A DNA stretch of 64,000 bases from Trypanosoma brucei. Taxonomy: Eukaryota. The notes under the pieces were generated by a model, which ran no database searches, was not told the origin of the DNA, and worked only from the letters and a program-made list of their open reading frames with translations. The first letter of the stretch is position 1, and every line of letters starts with the position of its first letter. Shown piece after piece: positions 34,801 through 42,212 of this stretch. The position numbers were made by a program, and so were the translations under genes. The stretch spans positions 704,001 through 768,000 of the forward strand of contig CP000068.1 in the NCBI GenBank assembly GCA_000002445.1, written 5' to 3'.

Positions 34801-37800
34801 CTTGAGAGTTTGTCACATCAAATTGCTTGGGAGATGTCCATTGATATTGATATGTTCACCGGAAGCCAACCCACTCCTGTGCAGTTGGCTGCAGAGGATC
34901 CGAGTTCATGTTTACGCTGTGCATACACAGGTGCCATCGGCCAAGAACGCAGTGAGTCAATGTTGCTTCTCTTGTTGTGTCAGCGCAAGATGGTTCGTGC
35001 TAAACGGCGACAAAGACACTGTTTTTCTTCCGGTAGCGCAATAGGCGCTTCAAACGGCTTTGCGGCGGAACCCGTAGAAAGTGTAAACGTTATATCTTCA
35101 CAATCTGAAGACAATGGTTCGTCTAAGATCAGGAGCCCATTGTGCAGTAATGGGGCCACTGGACGAGTAGAGTGCACTATCGACTGCCCTAGGAGTGATG
35201 CTGAAATCGTTCGTGAGTACTATCGTATCGAGGAAATTGTTAGCACACATGAAGCAACGGCCTCTGTTTGGCGCGAGTTGGGGTTGCTGCTGTTTGATGT
35301 ATGCATGGCCATATACAAGGAGTGGGTTTGTACGCGCGAGTCCAAGACGCTCAGCAATTTCTGCATACGGTCGAAGGAAGCGATCAGTGCACTGCAGAAG
35401 GCTGTTACGATTTGGAACACTCAAACATTCAGTTCAATCTCCGGAGTTGGTCCATATCAGAGCACTTCTGTGCGTCGCCTGCGTCACTCTCGCACCGCAC
35501 TACCGGTTGTTCACCTCCTTTTGAAGTCGTTACATCTGGCGATGATGTTAAGCGATATTTTGAGCGATGAAGCGCATCTTAAGTGTTTGAATAACGTCGG
35601 AAGCACGTCCCCTACGGCAGCTGAAGCCTCGGAAAAATGCGATGATGATTACATCGGTGGCGACTTTCACCAAGCACCGAGGAGTAGTTGTGCTGATTCA
35701 GTCAATGAGGTGCTGGAGGACAGCAAGCCATGGTCTGAGGGCATGGGTTTCTTGAATTTGGATTTCTCGCCTGGAATGCATCTGCACTGGGGATGTGCAT
35801 TACCGTTCTTGATAAACGCCGCCGCGCGATACGATGAGCTGCGTAGCGTGGTGCGTGATATGTGTTCGCATTCACGGGTTATGCTGTACCAGTGTGTGTA
35901 TCAGTTGGTTTCTCTTGACCACAACTACTCTGATGGGTGCAAAACAGAAAGGGAACTAAGTCACGAGCACAATAACCCTTGTGGTCTGCGGTCCCCTTCC
36001 TGTATTTCAACCGCTGCGCCGTCGGTACCTTGCTCGCAAGTCCCCGTGGAAGAACAGCTTCTGGCGGAGGACACCGTTAAACGGATGGCTACGCAGGAAC
36101 CACAGGAAGAAAGGTCGCAAAGGTTTGGTCAGTTCACTGACATTCTTTCTAATCTGGGGACTGTAAGTGAAGAGCATAGAACGGTTATTGATCAAACATT
36201 GCAGTTCTGCGAATTCGTGATGGGCGACAAAGGGACAACCCTCATTCTTGGCGGTTGCGCCTTGCCTGTACCTCTGTGGAACCTCCAGCGCTACATGGCC
36301 ATGACGTGTTTGACAGGGGAAACGACTGGCAAATTCTGCGAAGCAGTCAAAGCTGGATCGACTGGTGCGGTTAGGGCAGCATTGGTTTCTGGGGTGTGTA
36401 GTACCAGTGTCGAGTTGCAACGTATTCAACAAGTACGCCGTCAAATGTGTTGTCCTTCCGCGGAGGGAACACAAGAAGAAGTATTCGTGCTTCTGCTATC
36501 TGATGGAACAATGCCACGCTTTCACCGATTTATTCCCACGGGAGGTTCTTCTACAGACTGTGGAGGTAAAACCAGTGGGGGAGCAGTACCTATCACACAG
36601 CCGTTCCACGCAAGTCCGTGCGATGTACGTCGAAATACAAAAGGGTTGAACTGTCCCTCAGCTCTTTTCTCCGATGTGAATTCTTTTTTCTCCCAGCCCT
36701 GTGAATCAAGCACCCCTGTACCGGTAGCGAACCATTTTGTCCGTTTTACTGCAGACCAACGTCAGTTTCCCGGTTTCCAGGAACCTTCTAACTATGTGCC
36801 CCCAATTGCGGCGATGGAATGTGTGATCAGCTGTTTACTAGGTCACTTGCCCGTTCGGTATCTCCGCAGGCCTCTGGTGTTGCCACTAGGATTGAAGGAT
36901 TTCATCACCCAATTACCTAACGTTGCCGTCACTTCCTCCAACTGGCAGATGAAGTTGCCGCCGTCGCTGCAGGCTAAGTGTACTGCATTCATGGGACGCC
37001 AACCGTTGTCACTCTTTCATATTCTTAATGAGTACAAGAAACATTTGTTCAGTAATTCGGCCCTCGACGGACGGCGGGATGATCATCACGGGTGTCAGAG
37101 TAGAGTTTTTAGTGGCGGAAGTGACGGCTCACCGAGGTGTAGTCCCGTGGCCAAGGCTGAGATGCGTGCAGCTTCCCCACCACATCATCGGCGGCATCGC
37201 AGCAAGAAAAGAGGGCTTTCAACGCAGTATGAACAACGTTTGGCGCATGCTTTTGACTATGGGAGTATTCAACCACTCTGCTCATTCATTGAAAAGAATC
37301 TGGAAGTCACATCTTCGGCGACTCAACTGCCCAGACCTGCGGCGCAGATGGAGGCTTTGTATAGCGAGTTGGTGAAACTCCTTCCTCGTTGTTCATGTAA
37401 TAGGCGTGGAACGAAGCCTGAGTCAGGACCATCGCCAACAGAAAGTGGTACCCAGGTGAGTAAGGGAAGTGAGGGTGATCCTGTGGCTGCTGGTGAAACC
37501 TTTTCCGTGTCATCAACACAATGCAAATGCCCTAATACAAACTGGACACAGCTAGATGAATCACTACTGACCGAAGTGCGGCTGATAATTTTACGACACG
37601 AGGCACCACTGTATACTGATGCACTTCAGCTTTCACTTTACACGGCATCAACCGATGCAGGTAAATGGTTAAATATCGTTCAAACCTTTACAGGTGAGCT
37701 GGCAGAGTGTAGCATGATCGAGTACTTGTTGGACGTAACAGATCGTGAGTCCACCACGTTTTTTGTGGATACAGCAACAGGACATGTTGCAACGCACTGC

Positions 37801-39099
37801 TTGGGTGGTCATGCGTTGCAGAGACGTCGTCAATCAAGACACTCCGTGGCCTTTCAGCACAGCCAATCGCTTAACGGCGGAGAACCGGCAACGACAGAAA
37901 CGGGACCAAAAGCAGATGAAGAAGATGTGGATGTGACACCAGGCAGTTCCCCCTTTCCATGCACGGATCCTACGATCTTCCGCCTGACAGGGTCTCTGCT
38001 CGCTGTCTTGCCCCTGAAGTGCCCCTTCGGTGTTTTTCTCAGTACCGCGACGCAGTGCCTGTTTTCTATGCTTCGGTATCAGACAGACCTCGTCGGGATC
38101 GTCAAATATGGTCTTGAAGACCTGAGGGGGTTCGCCTGCCGCCACGTTCCCCTCCAACAAGAACAGTTTCCTGAGAGCACACGAGGTTTTAACGCCGAGT
38201 CGGGGAGGCGGCCCACAAGTGAGCACGGAAGGGGGAGCACAGATGTGGATTCTATACCAGGAGGTTTGGGGTTATCTCCATATGCGGGGTTATCACCGAA
38301 GGGATCGAACAACCAAGTACCCACTTGTGTTTCACATCGTCCAGGGGAGGTGCGAGTGAACACATTTTCTATAGCAGATGCCTCGGGGGCGTCACTGCAC
38401 TCGGCGTTTACCGGGGGGACGTTGCGAGACGGTTCCCCACGTAATACGCCAGAGTCCACAAACTCACAACCCCCATTGCATTCAACACAGGATGTCATCA
38501 CTGCGCACGAGAAGACAGTGAGGTGTGAAGTGCAAGAACCATTTCCGCATGCGATGGAGAGTTGGGTGGTGGCGAATAAAGGACAAGGTGCCACCGTCGA
38601 TGGGGCACCGTTGAGGAGAAAATCATCGTCCGCCGCGGTATTGGGACTCATTTCGGGGATTTCAGTGAAGAAAGCCGCACAGCAACGTTCACTTAACTTG
38701 GATTTACCCAAGCTTTTTGATTGCGCTTCTATCTTCGTGAAACTTAGCGATGATTTGTTGCCGATGCGTAGAGAACCAGCTGTCGAGGCTTTTTCTGGAC
38801 TACAGAGTAAAAGTTTCAAAGACTCAGTTGACACCCTCCGCTGTGAGAGGGCTCGTGAAGATTTAAAGGCCACTGGGTCCCTGCAACATGCAACGAGTGA
38901 TACCGAAGTCGAAGAAAAACGTATGCTGCAGCCTGATAAAAGTTGTAACGCTCACCCACATAATGCGAATGTGGCAATCACCGCACGAACTGTTGAGAGC
39001 CGCGTGGTTCAACTGATTAATGCTGCTGTAAATAACAAAAATCTTATAGGAACTACAGATGTTCCACATCGATGGCGTAGTTGGGCACCGCAGTGGTGA
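25846..39099 (+). CDS. giant (4,417 aa) HEAT/helical-repeat protein with C-terminal FATC domain and degenerate PI3K-like kinase segment (Tra1/TRRAP-like pseudo-PIKK)
   Basis: A single uninterrupted ORF. The last 31 aa, VVQLINAAVNNKNLIGTTDVPHRWRSWAPQW, fit the FATC consensus (V..LI..A....NL......GW..W) found at the C-terminus of every PIKK. About 360 aa upstream is VKYGLEDLRGF, which resembles the K-G-x-EDLRQD N-lobe motif at the spacing seen in mTOR or ATM. Catalytic DRH and DFG motifs are absent. HEAT-like repeats are visible, e.g. RHSALNSLTKETDQFLY...RLQAVRILRRLG. Confidence 0.8.
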   Translation: MAARLEAIAAEYFLPAKPENRTREGDSVSSKGGKITHTSAEAAAGNSGQYPPTSSQESETDKKRGGVSEDDCGKSSTPLALLDSAHILPPLMLYFECLPTEWETTPAVSANQPAVPGLVRTSASGGVPTGCEVAWQRPRQFGSDPSDKSFCAKWYGKRRRQGTQKEMGAAVSCEDRYRGRQRVQSDNGLWRWCDDMDVFANFAQPPLSVVCASYEMLDERHQRGLNAVTTLVEKCNDSFHREQWVTATSLSMQRPPFGFGSTEAGTSTNAGSMPACASTPTPTLTDYRSSIVNSLNSFLRSLSKRGDQVLVLHIIIRVATWRFCSRNERVTLLFNHIHACLPTVHPSTATLAMEAWAQLHAIGASSTVYLKIATEMLRLACTFISDVSVPAGQVSGFIMIHHIAQWPYLLYRTLLRDERDRLLLVIWKSLMSTHQPHVRELAAVALRSLFILDIVRGSYSCMRELLDRAALLVLSPGDHQKAPLSSPRTAPVTKGAAHKSQRATPLGTSLKQLEAPLLVGETACTPRAVVGTESVGTGQCCREGTSCTITLPSIPFFGCTIARQYCLNWNSSSGDGGATLVATESGSSGGDLLRPAAEEAVVVAKGELGNVEGRCFVPRLSPPANDEPFLCGYIKQVDPANKRFKNRLATIAPSHNADTNLHASTLVIGAFVSALRSCAAFLEIPPLVGAEDTQPGVATGLRGANGGETVSVSEAQGGPPCSSESSEETDSCRRSTSLAGSSPLYDTAGGAKTTLSIAAVMEHLDETSLGRSPPKGGKYHAAPNTGDRRSLGYPSRSQEGQGSAPAVPDDTRKVKELVLWRLFPVQPLLQCLARERQDKSSSLWHVERLVAVLALYGLHTLKEGEIRGALDMLLRRAKVAHRKAAAGKQQQEACVLHVALPASAAFGNSTVGGGVGSIAGDTVGTSEKDMYTLSLVNLSLFLSAIAVKYPQLFEVTFVSHIYPMLFYALQQATPAYCPAASAVLALLVHNFPVSSRDRLQPIVERLTGIATSMPFSTHTLGATAKICGVYREMRLHCCLALLQRIAEVLNDNGPVIVRGARDTAVSDMERESVCTDFPLKSASDTRRKIVCFRVLHTVCMEWEGTALFFLEVCAPYLHHQNTVLRRACVQSCVRLLLSDCFLSRAERVGGSPLSDALDGEVEQMAACAVKCLWDGDLKIGSLCAPCNPTLYRSERNGIITSETRAYPFLAHAFDNVNLCDVGNVRRGFGDDGDTNSEDENNLNLDRALECSPLESSNHDATFTCERHTGRSHNNILREVLHRLVVVALCDPDETIRHSALNSLTKETDQFLYTHKEIVDLIFSALNDEYPPNRLQAVRILRRLGHYIPMVVYPRLRKVFSLVIQDFHSTMTSSVKKSKVVQKGDEWAGARGNCELSYGSSQSHRVNADTPTNAFTSNSTSNVVKYSADEMMLLFELVQSVPNFIPIYIDTMLQLLQQVLVPHDMLERGTVITALHIVSFLMDETTRVEWPKFEVLLRPLSQQLLLRDNDTNRLHVAIGTLQKLIQYVVIGNPFDQRDDLKLTVESLYSLLYRRPPIDTELSLSVVKLLGTISAICTDRKFDDPQSTPLLTLATLSGSRGNFGTFASTYQLSIRPTPGYAMFLRAARPEAPFYGNEAKSGRSSQLTDYLWPDVMLRVLLRTLSDALDDIIAFTDEELQACLQAAVAVLRSSDAPSKLQLYLPPLLSVLAGLLERTDEDAPLRVYVTESIVELVKPAGRTIAPMFELLVVFLSEHLMSSIYTLPSCCKLLIGLCEASPDLVQEHCEWFVLLLLGKLMHHVEMATSATASATMQRQRRNQKQGAPQQIPNDFDPSPQDTIARSYVPGSVIGVVLQAVLALLPIADGSTVHYACLMFSQILRRAGGISEPLMVGEETVEGHTSNVTVPTGLSVEVIRGIVQALVDLLENFDLTAISMFVVETALLLLRIYAKAAHGVTNQPSTRCSEEESTRRNILLVPAGNTPKIQETPKITLGSLPYGHQEPPKTWFSQSPLSRLVVEEIVNKNTSITYRFPFDEVTTSWEAQVEMDLLACVFLVCGRCRLPAVSYELVVGEYIEERFQPSERIKEFFRAVSSPTSRVSLLHGSQQKPPLNSPLRSDGFAAETELRGETIGMTPSCEKTATPTKFERAWSSMHQLVKHTCFDGDIPRKSAPIPMGSTNFPSSMRSSLLSSPYPTQNVSSVRDISVFAGRESGPGVGCTTHVTPASNISPVAFVSGDRLLARVASSLSENEELRSLGRKRLSQVCESPFSVGGGVVNLSGRAPSSEVQALADNVSLDIGRDYDNENMDGDIEEQRFFKLHENLSNSEWRPWFELFCVILVECSDHACVSSCTSLLRRHFSIFSSDILPVAFLSHLVACDCKRMVRWLELLRDFAYAHDYIPHTIAGALAQLAYNVRLTREALLPPSLAKTVAEEFVTLDLVATLAEKALDAPLVLVCAEEKLLSEFSWEAAARLYRALEDLNYPFRTNILCNQPGFRNAIRKLMRNCNGEKQEEHCWDTPVCAADGVPGESDHNSPFPWEVADDATSVFGLSPMLCGVCPVATDPSSWRREENTKVKKRMPPPVVLEFAWPEVALGQYLRLICIGLDDVHSEEAVGGHSCPTSLGRELPVKISSNDVVGAMRCYMRVYDFESILNLWKVVKGIRLLRRADERAVNNRFHEIERSLLRTMWPTSECPTEAHIANFVVSAAKSLSRWDVVKELSYNDFLPDGEGNSQFTQPYRSFPFYKQMEISRAAALVKSKCYGEAKGVLAPLRAALRDSYTVFYTENARLKIELSVMFQEISDLEEGINAIELKRTTGGASSDFPAGSGPLPGIGTSHSVGNSVCASPELCGEGRADYSPSYAGTHAGHEQHYSQGKRCMAYTEATMRRLQNIAGRLLPEHSTILQRFEIIALRSTLGPPEWQLQNILILCERIAEEGKPRRAVQAIEHFLTPPIDDADREGYREYRSSLMLEKYRIGLQHLCDPQDLESLSHQIAWEMSIDIDMFTGSQPTPVQLAAEDPSSCLRCAYTGAIGQERSESMLLLLLCQRKMVRAKRRQRHCFSSGSAIGASNGFAAEPVESVNVISSQSEDNGSSKIRSPLCSNGATGRVECTIDCPRSDAEIVREYYRIEEIVSTHEATASVWRELGLLLFDVCMAIYKEWVCTRESKTLSNFCIRSKEAISALQKAVTIWNTQTFSSISGVGPYQSTSVRRLRHSRTALPVVHLLLKSLHLAMMLSDILSDEAHLKCLNNVGSTSPTAAEASEKCDDDYIGGDFHQAPRSSCADSVNEVLEDSKPWSEGMGFLNLDFSPGMHLHWGCALPFLINAAARYDELRSVVRDMCSHSRVMLYQCVYQLVSLDHNYSDGCKTERELSHEHNNPCGLRSPSCISTAAPSVPCSQVPVEEQLLAEDTVKRMATQEPQEERSQRFGQFTDILSNLGTVSEEHRTVIDQTLQFCEFVMGDKGTTLILGGCALPVPLWNLQRYMAMTCLTGETTGKFCEAVKAGSTGAVRAALVSGVCSTSVELQRIQQVRRQMCCPSAEGTQEEVFVLLLSDGTMPRFHRFIPTGGSSTDCGGKTSGGAVPITQPFHASPCDVRRNTKGLNCPSALFSDVNSFFSQPCESSTPVPVANHFVRFTADQRQFPGFQEPSNYVPPIAAMECVISCLLGHLPVRYLRRPLVLPLGLKDFITQLPNVAVTSSNWQMKLPPSLQAKCTAFMGRQPLSLFHILNEYKKHLFSNSALDGRRDDHHGCQSRVFSGGSDGSPRCSPVAKAEMRAASPPHHRRHRSKKRGLSTQYEQRLAHAFDYGSIQPLCSFIEKNLEVTSSATQLPRPAAQMEALYSELVKLLPRCSCNRRGTKPESGPSPTESGTQVSKGSEGDPVAAGETFSVSSTQCKCPNTNWTQLDESLLTEVRLIILRHEAPLYTDALQLSLYTASTDAGKWLNIVQTFTGELAECSMIEYLLDVTDRESTTFFVDTATGHVATHCLGGHALQRRRQSRHSVAFQHSQSLNGGEPATTETGPKADEEDVDVTPGSSPFPCTDPTIFRLTGSLLAVLPLKCPFGVFLSTATQCLFSMLRYQTDLVGIVKYGLEDLRGFACRHVPLQQEQFPESTRGFNAESGRRPTSEHGRGSTDVDSIPGGLGLSPYAGLSPKGSNNQVPTCVSHRPGEVRVNTFSIADASGASLHSAFTGGTLRDGSPRNTPESTNSQPPLHSTQDVITAHEKTVRCEVQEPFPHAMESWVVANKGQGATVDGAPLRRKSSSAAVLGLISGISVKKAAQQRSLNLDLPKLFDCASIFVKLSDDLLPMRREPAVEAFSGLQSKSFKDSVDTLRCERAREDLKATGSLQHATSDTEVEEKRMLQPDKSCNAHPHNANVAITARTVESRVVQLINAAVNNKNLIGTTDVPHRWRSWAPQW

Positions 39100-39160
39100 A
39101 GTTGCTGCTGGCTGTCCGTATTTTGATCTCCGCATTGCCACTGTGGGCGGAGTGCGGAGT

Positions 39161-39251
39161 CGTTGCTCATTCTTTATGTGTCATTCTTTTTTTAGCTGGC
39201 GTGTCCTTTTTTTTATTTTCGAATTTCCCCACCTTTCACCTCTCACTTCCG
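39161..39251 (+). promoter_or_regulatory. polypyrimidine tract downstream of the giant gene stop (polyadenylation / trans-splicing coupling region)
   Basis: The T/C-rich run cattctttatgtgtcattctttttttagctggcgtgtccttttttttattttcgaatttccccacctttcacctctcacttcc. Confidence 0.25.
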
Positions 39252-39665
39252 AATAAAAATTCACGAGGCGATCTCACACCCCTTTTACCGATGTAACACT
39301 TCTCCAGTTGCAGAGAGCACACCAGGAAAAGTTGACACAGTAGAGCGTGCTTTTTTTTTTTTGTACACTTCCTCTCACTGAACTCTTGATACGCTTCGCT
39401 TGTGAGCATAGGTGCTAAGCATGTACTCTTTGTATTTTAGACTTCAAGTTATTTTTAGCGTTTCCTTTTTTCTTCAGGATATTGTTATTCACTTTGAATT
39501 AGTTTAGTATTCAATTGTTGGATGCGTGTGTCCTTGTCTTGTTGAGTGAGATTAGCAAGAAAAAAAAAAGCATCAAAATCGCATTTTGTATTACACCTAC
39601 TCATTTTGCGTAAATATACCAGCAAACAGAGTGAAGGGTAAACTCGAGGGCCACAATACCTTTCG

Positions 39666-41303
39666 ATGTTGGAGGGACTATGCGTGCGCAAGGCTGTGGA
39701 GCGTCTGCGGCATAAGACATCACAACAGCGGCAACTCGTTAATGAGATGCGGGAACGCGCTGATGCCCTTACTGCAAGTGGCCTCGCTGCTGCTCGTGCA
39801 AGGCGGGACCCGGCTGCGCAGAAGCTGCAGCACCAGGAACCTTGCTTTGTGGAGGTAGCAAGCAGCAGCAACCTGCAGCGCGGTTTCTCTCCTGATTGTA
39901 TGCTAAGTGGCGTCGCGATTGGTGTGTCGGATACGCTTGACGTGCGAGAGTTTTGCACGCGGTACGGGACTCAGTCACAGCTACTGCAGCAGATGCCACA
40001 AACAGAATTTCCTTTCGTCTCCTGGCTTCGCCGCCATGGTGCCCAGTTTGTCGGAAAGTTGGCGTGTCGGACACCGCTGACAATCGATGAGGCAAGTCTG
40101 ATTGTTTCTGACAACCCTGCTGCCGTGGCCGTTTCTCGGAATGCGTGTAACTACGCCATCAGTTCCTCGCTTATGGGGCCTGCAGCCCTGACATCCCCCT
40201 TACATCATCCTATTGCTTCATTTAAACCCACAGCGCAGTCGTTTGCGACATTTGCGGAGGGTTATCGACTCTCGGTTCCGTCCATGTCCTTCGGTATAAC
40301 CGCGGGGACTCTCGATGATATATTTTATTTGTGGGAAGTATTTACGTCAGCCATTCAACCAGCCTCATTCTTTGACACTCAGAGCGGTGATACAACCGAT
40401 GGGAATGACGGGAATGCCGTCACCGATAGCAATAAGGCCACCGGATCCACGAAACGGAGGCGCCCGGTGCCCTCCCCTCCAAATGACTCGAGCGCGAACC
40501 GTTATGGATATGCCAGTGTAGGAAGGTTCAAACGTTCGATTAGTGATGGGTATTCAAGTTTACGAGGGAGTCGGCCAACAAGTGGGGAGGAGGAATTGAT
40601 TGGACCACACATTGAACTTTCTGTCGGTTATCCCGCGGATTGGATTGATGCCCTTTGCCATGAGCGACTCTTGTCGGCTGACGAGTTCCGCCGCCGCATT
40701 CTTCGGCTTGTTTCCACACGCAATTCTATGCGAAAGAATGAAGTTTTGGAGGTCATTCCACTCACTATTGACATTGACCTGGAGGAGGTAGTGCAGGCAA
40801 CACAAACAATCGGCCTTTACGAGCTTTCACAAGCCTTCGATCGCCTCTTCTTCTGGAACACTCATTCGGACGGAAGAGATCCGTGCTTATCATCATCATC
40901 ATCCACATCCGGAAAAGCGGGCGTACTGGAGGAACTTCCGGAAGAACTAGTGTCTGCAATTTTTAATGGTAGAGCGCTGACCAGTCTTGACTACCATCGT
41001 GCACTGCGAACGCGTGACAGTGTTGTGAGGGCAACAGAGGAACAGTTTCGTGACGTCGACTTCATATTAACTCCGATGTTGTCAGAACCGTACGTAAACA
41101 GCAGCATGAGAAGCATCGCACTCCTGCTCCCGTTTTCACTCGGTGGGAATCCAATGGTTTCGTTGCAGTTAGAACCGGACTTTCCTGTCGTGCTTATTGG
41201 TGAGTTAGGTCGGGATACGGGATTGTTTGAGGATAGCACTACGTTTCTTCAGTTCGTGCAAGGAACATCACCAGGATGGTGGCGGAGAAAGTTTATGAGG
41301 TGA
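39666..41303 (+). CDS. hypothetical protein
   Basis: A 545-aa ORF with coding-like composition. LSGVAIGVSDTLDV is only a faint echo of the amidase-signature N-motif, and no GGSSGG or catalytic Lys is present. No call is possible. Confidence 0.5.
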   Translation: MLEGLCVRKAVERLRHKTSQQRQLVNEMRERADALTASGLAAARARRDPAAQKLQHQEPCFVEVASSSNLQRGFSPDCMLSGVAIGVSDTLDVREFCTRYGTQSQLLQQMPQTEFPFVSWLRRHGAQFVGKLACRTPLTIDEASLIVSDNPAAVAVSRNACNYAISSSLMGPAALTSPLHHPIASFKPTAQSFATFAEGYRLSVPSMSFGITAGTLDDIFYLWEVFTSAIQPASFFDTQSGDTTDGNDGNAVTDSNKATGSTKRRRPVPSPPNDSSANRYGYASVGRFKRSISDGYSSLRGSRPTSGEEELIGPHIELSVGYPADWIDALCHERLLSADEFRRRILRLVSTRNSMRKNEVLEVIPLTIDIDLEEVVQATQTIGLYELSQAFDRLFFWNTHSDGRDPCLSSSSSTSGKAGVLEELPEELVSAIFNGRALTSLDYHRALRTRDSVVRATEEQFRDVDFILTPMLSEPYVNSSMRSIALLLPFSLGGNPMVSLQLEPDFPVVLIGELGRDTGLFEDSTTFLQFVQGTSPGWWRRKFMR

Positions 41304-41619
41304 TTTATTGCGTATGATGTTTGATTTCGTCTGGTTGACGTTGTCGACATGATTAACTGTTTCCCCTCTCGGTTAATGCAACTTCGCGGTTGTCACTATT
41401 TTTAGTGCAACGTGCTCCATTCCCGGTTTTGTAAGCTGGGGCATTAATTGTGTGTTGTTGTTTTCACGGCGTGACACTGAAATTTCCTCATTTGTTCTCT
41501 TTATTGATGTTTAGGCTCCACTTAGCTTCACCGAAATGACCTCCGCTCCTTTTTCCTCCCTTTGAACGGCTGCCTACCTCAGCATATACGATGCTTTTTG
41601 CTGCAGCTAACAGTTTGAT

Positions 41620-41703
41620 GTGATGAATTTTAAGCTTAGGACACCTTTGGACGCAGGGACCCTGCGATTGAAAACAGTGAAACTTGATCGATTCGTACAC
41701 TGA
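41620..41703 (+). ncRNA. C/D box snoRNA candidate, copy 1 of an exact tandem duplicate
   Basis: An 84-nt element that begins with box C GUGAUGA and ends with box D CUGA. Internal degenerate D'/C' candidates are ...UUGA... and ...GUGAAA.... It is 100% identical to a second copy 193 bp downstream. Trypanosomatid snoRNAs occur as tandemly repeated intergenic clusters in the sense orientation of the transcription unit. Confidence 0.5.
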
Positions 41704-41812
41704 CTAACCTTTCCTTTCTCTTATTTTTTTTGTCCCTTCTGTACCTGAAGCGTTGCGGTGGCACCGGTTCTTGCCTCAAGTGCCGCGTGGCACAACATGT
41801 TGTCGACACCCC

Positions 41813-41896
41813 GTGATGAATTTTAAGCTTAGGACACCTTTGGACGCAGGGACCCTGCGATTGAAAACAGTGAAACTTGATCGATTCGTACACTGA
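41813..41896 (+). ncRNA. C/D box snoRNA candidate, copy 2
   Basis: Identical 84-nt sequence (GUGAUGAAUUUUAAGCUUAGGACACCUUUGGACGCAGGGACCCUGCGAUUGAAAACAGUGAAACUUGAUCGAUUCGUACACUGA). The flanks differ, so the duplicated unit is exactly the RNA-sized element. Confidence 0.5.
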
Positions 41897-42212
41897 TTTC
41901 CATTTGTATTTTTTCCCATTCTACCCAAGTTCTTTCTCCTCCCACGAAAATGTGTCAAATCACCTACTCCTCCATTTTCCCTGTTTGTGTAGCTCTTTGC
42001 AGGCTGTCTATCGTATTTTCCTATTTGTTTGCATGGGTGCCTGTTTTCTTGAAAATGGCGCTAGACATATTTTTTCCTTCTAACCCTGCGATCACCTCTT
42101 GCGTTCAATATATATATTTTTATATATATCTTGTCTAAATGACATGAAAATAAAACTACTAGGAGGTTACAGTTCACTAGCACAACGCTGTTAAGGACCT
42201 CATTATTCAGGT

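Noticed and set aside
38079-38873. 264-aa minus-strand ORF, plus many other minus-strand ORFs of 60-215 aa (e.g. 11207-11854, 29202-29729, 36007-36474, 14180-14599)
   Set aside because: All lie antisense inside long + strand coding regions. They are Ser/Arg/Pro/Cys-rich, as expected for reverse-frame translation of GC-rich codons. No strand switch is supported.
39666-41303. Amidase-signature-like N-motif (LSGVAIGVSDTLDV)
   Set aside because: There is no GGSSGG, no catalytic Lys/Ser-cisSer, and no second motif. The resemblance is too weak to call, so it is kept as hypothetical.
41704-41812. Possible H/ACA-like hairpin (ggtggcac...gtgccgc plus ACA) between the two C/D copies
   Set aside because: It has only a 7-bp stem, the box is ACA rather than the AGA typical of trypanosomatid H/ACA-like RNAs, and the second copy of the C/D element is not followed by a matching hairpin. 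It is mentioned as a low-confidence possibility only.
41488-41893. Two minus-strand ORFs sharing the peptide MYESIKFHCFQSQGPCVQRCPKLKIHH
   Set aside because: The shared peptide is the reverse-frame reading of the duplicated 84-nt snoRNA-like element. The duplication is at the RNA-gene level, not a protein repeat.
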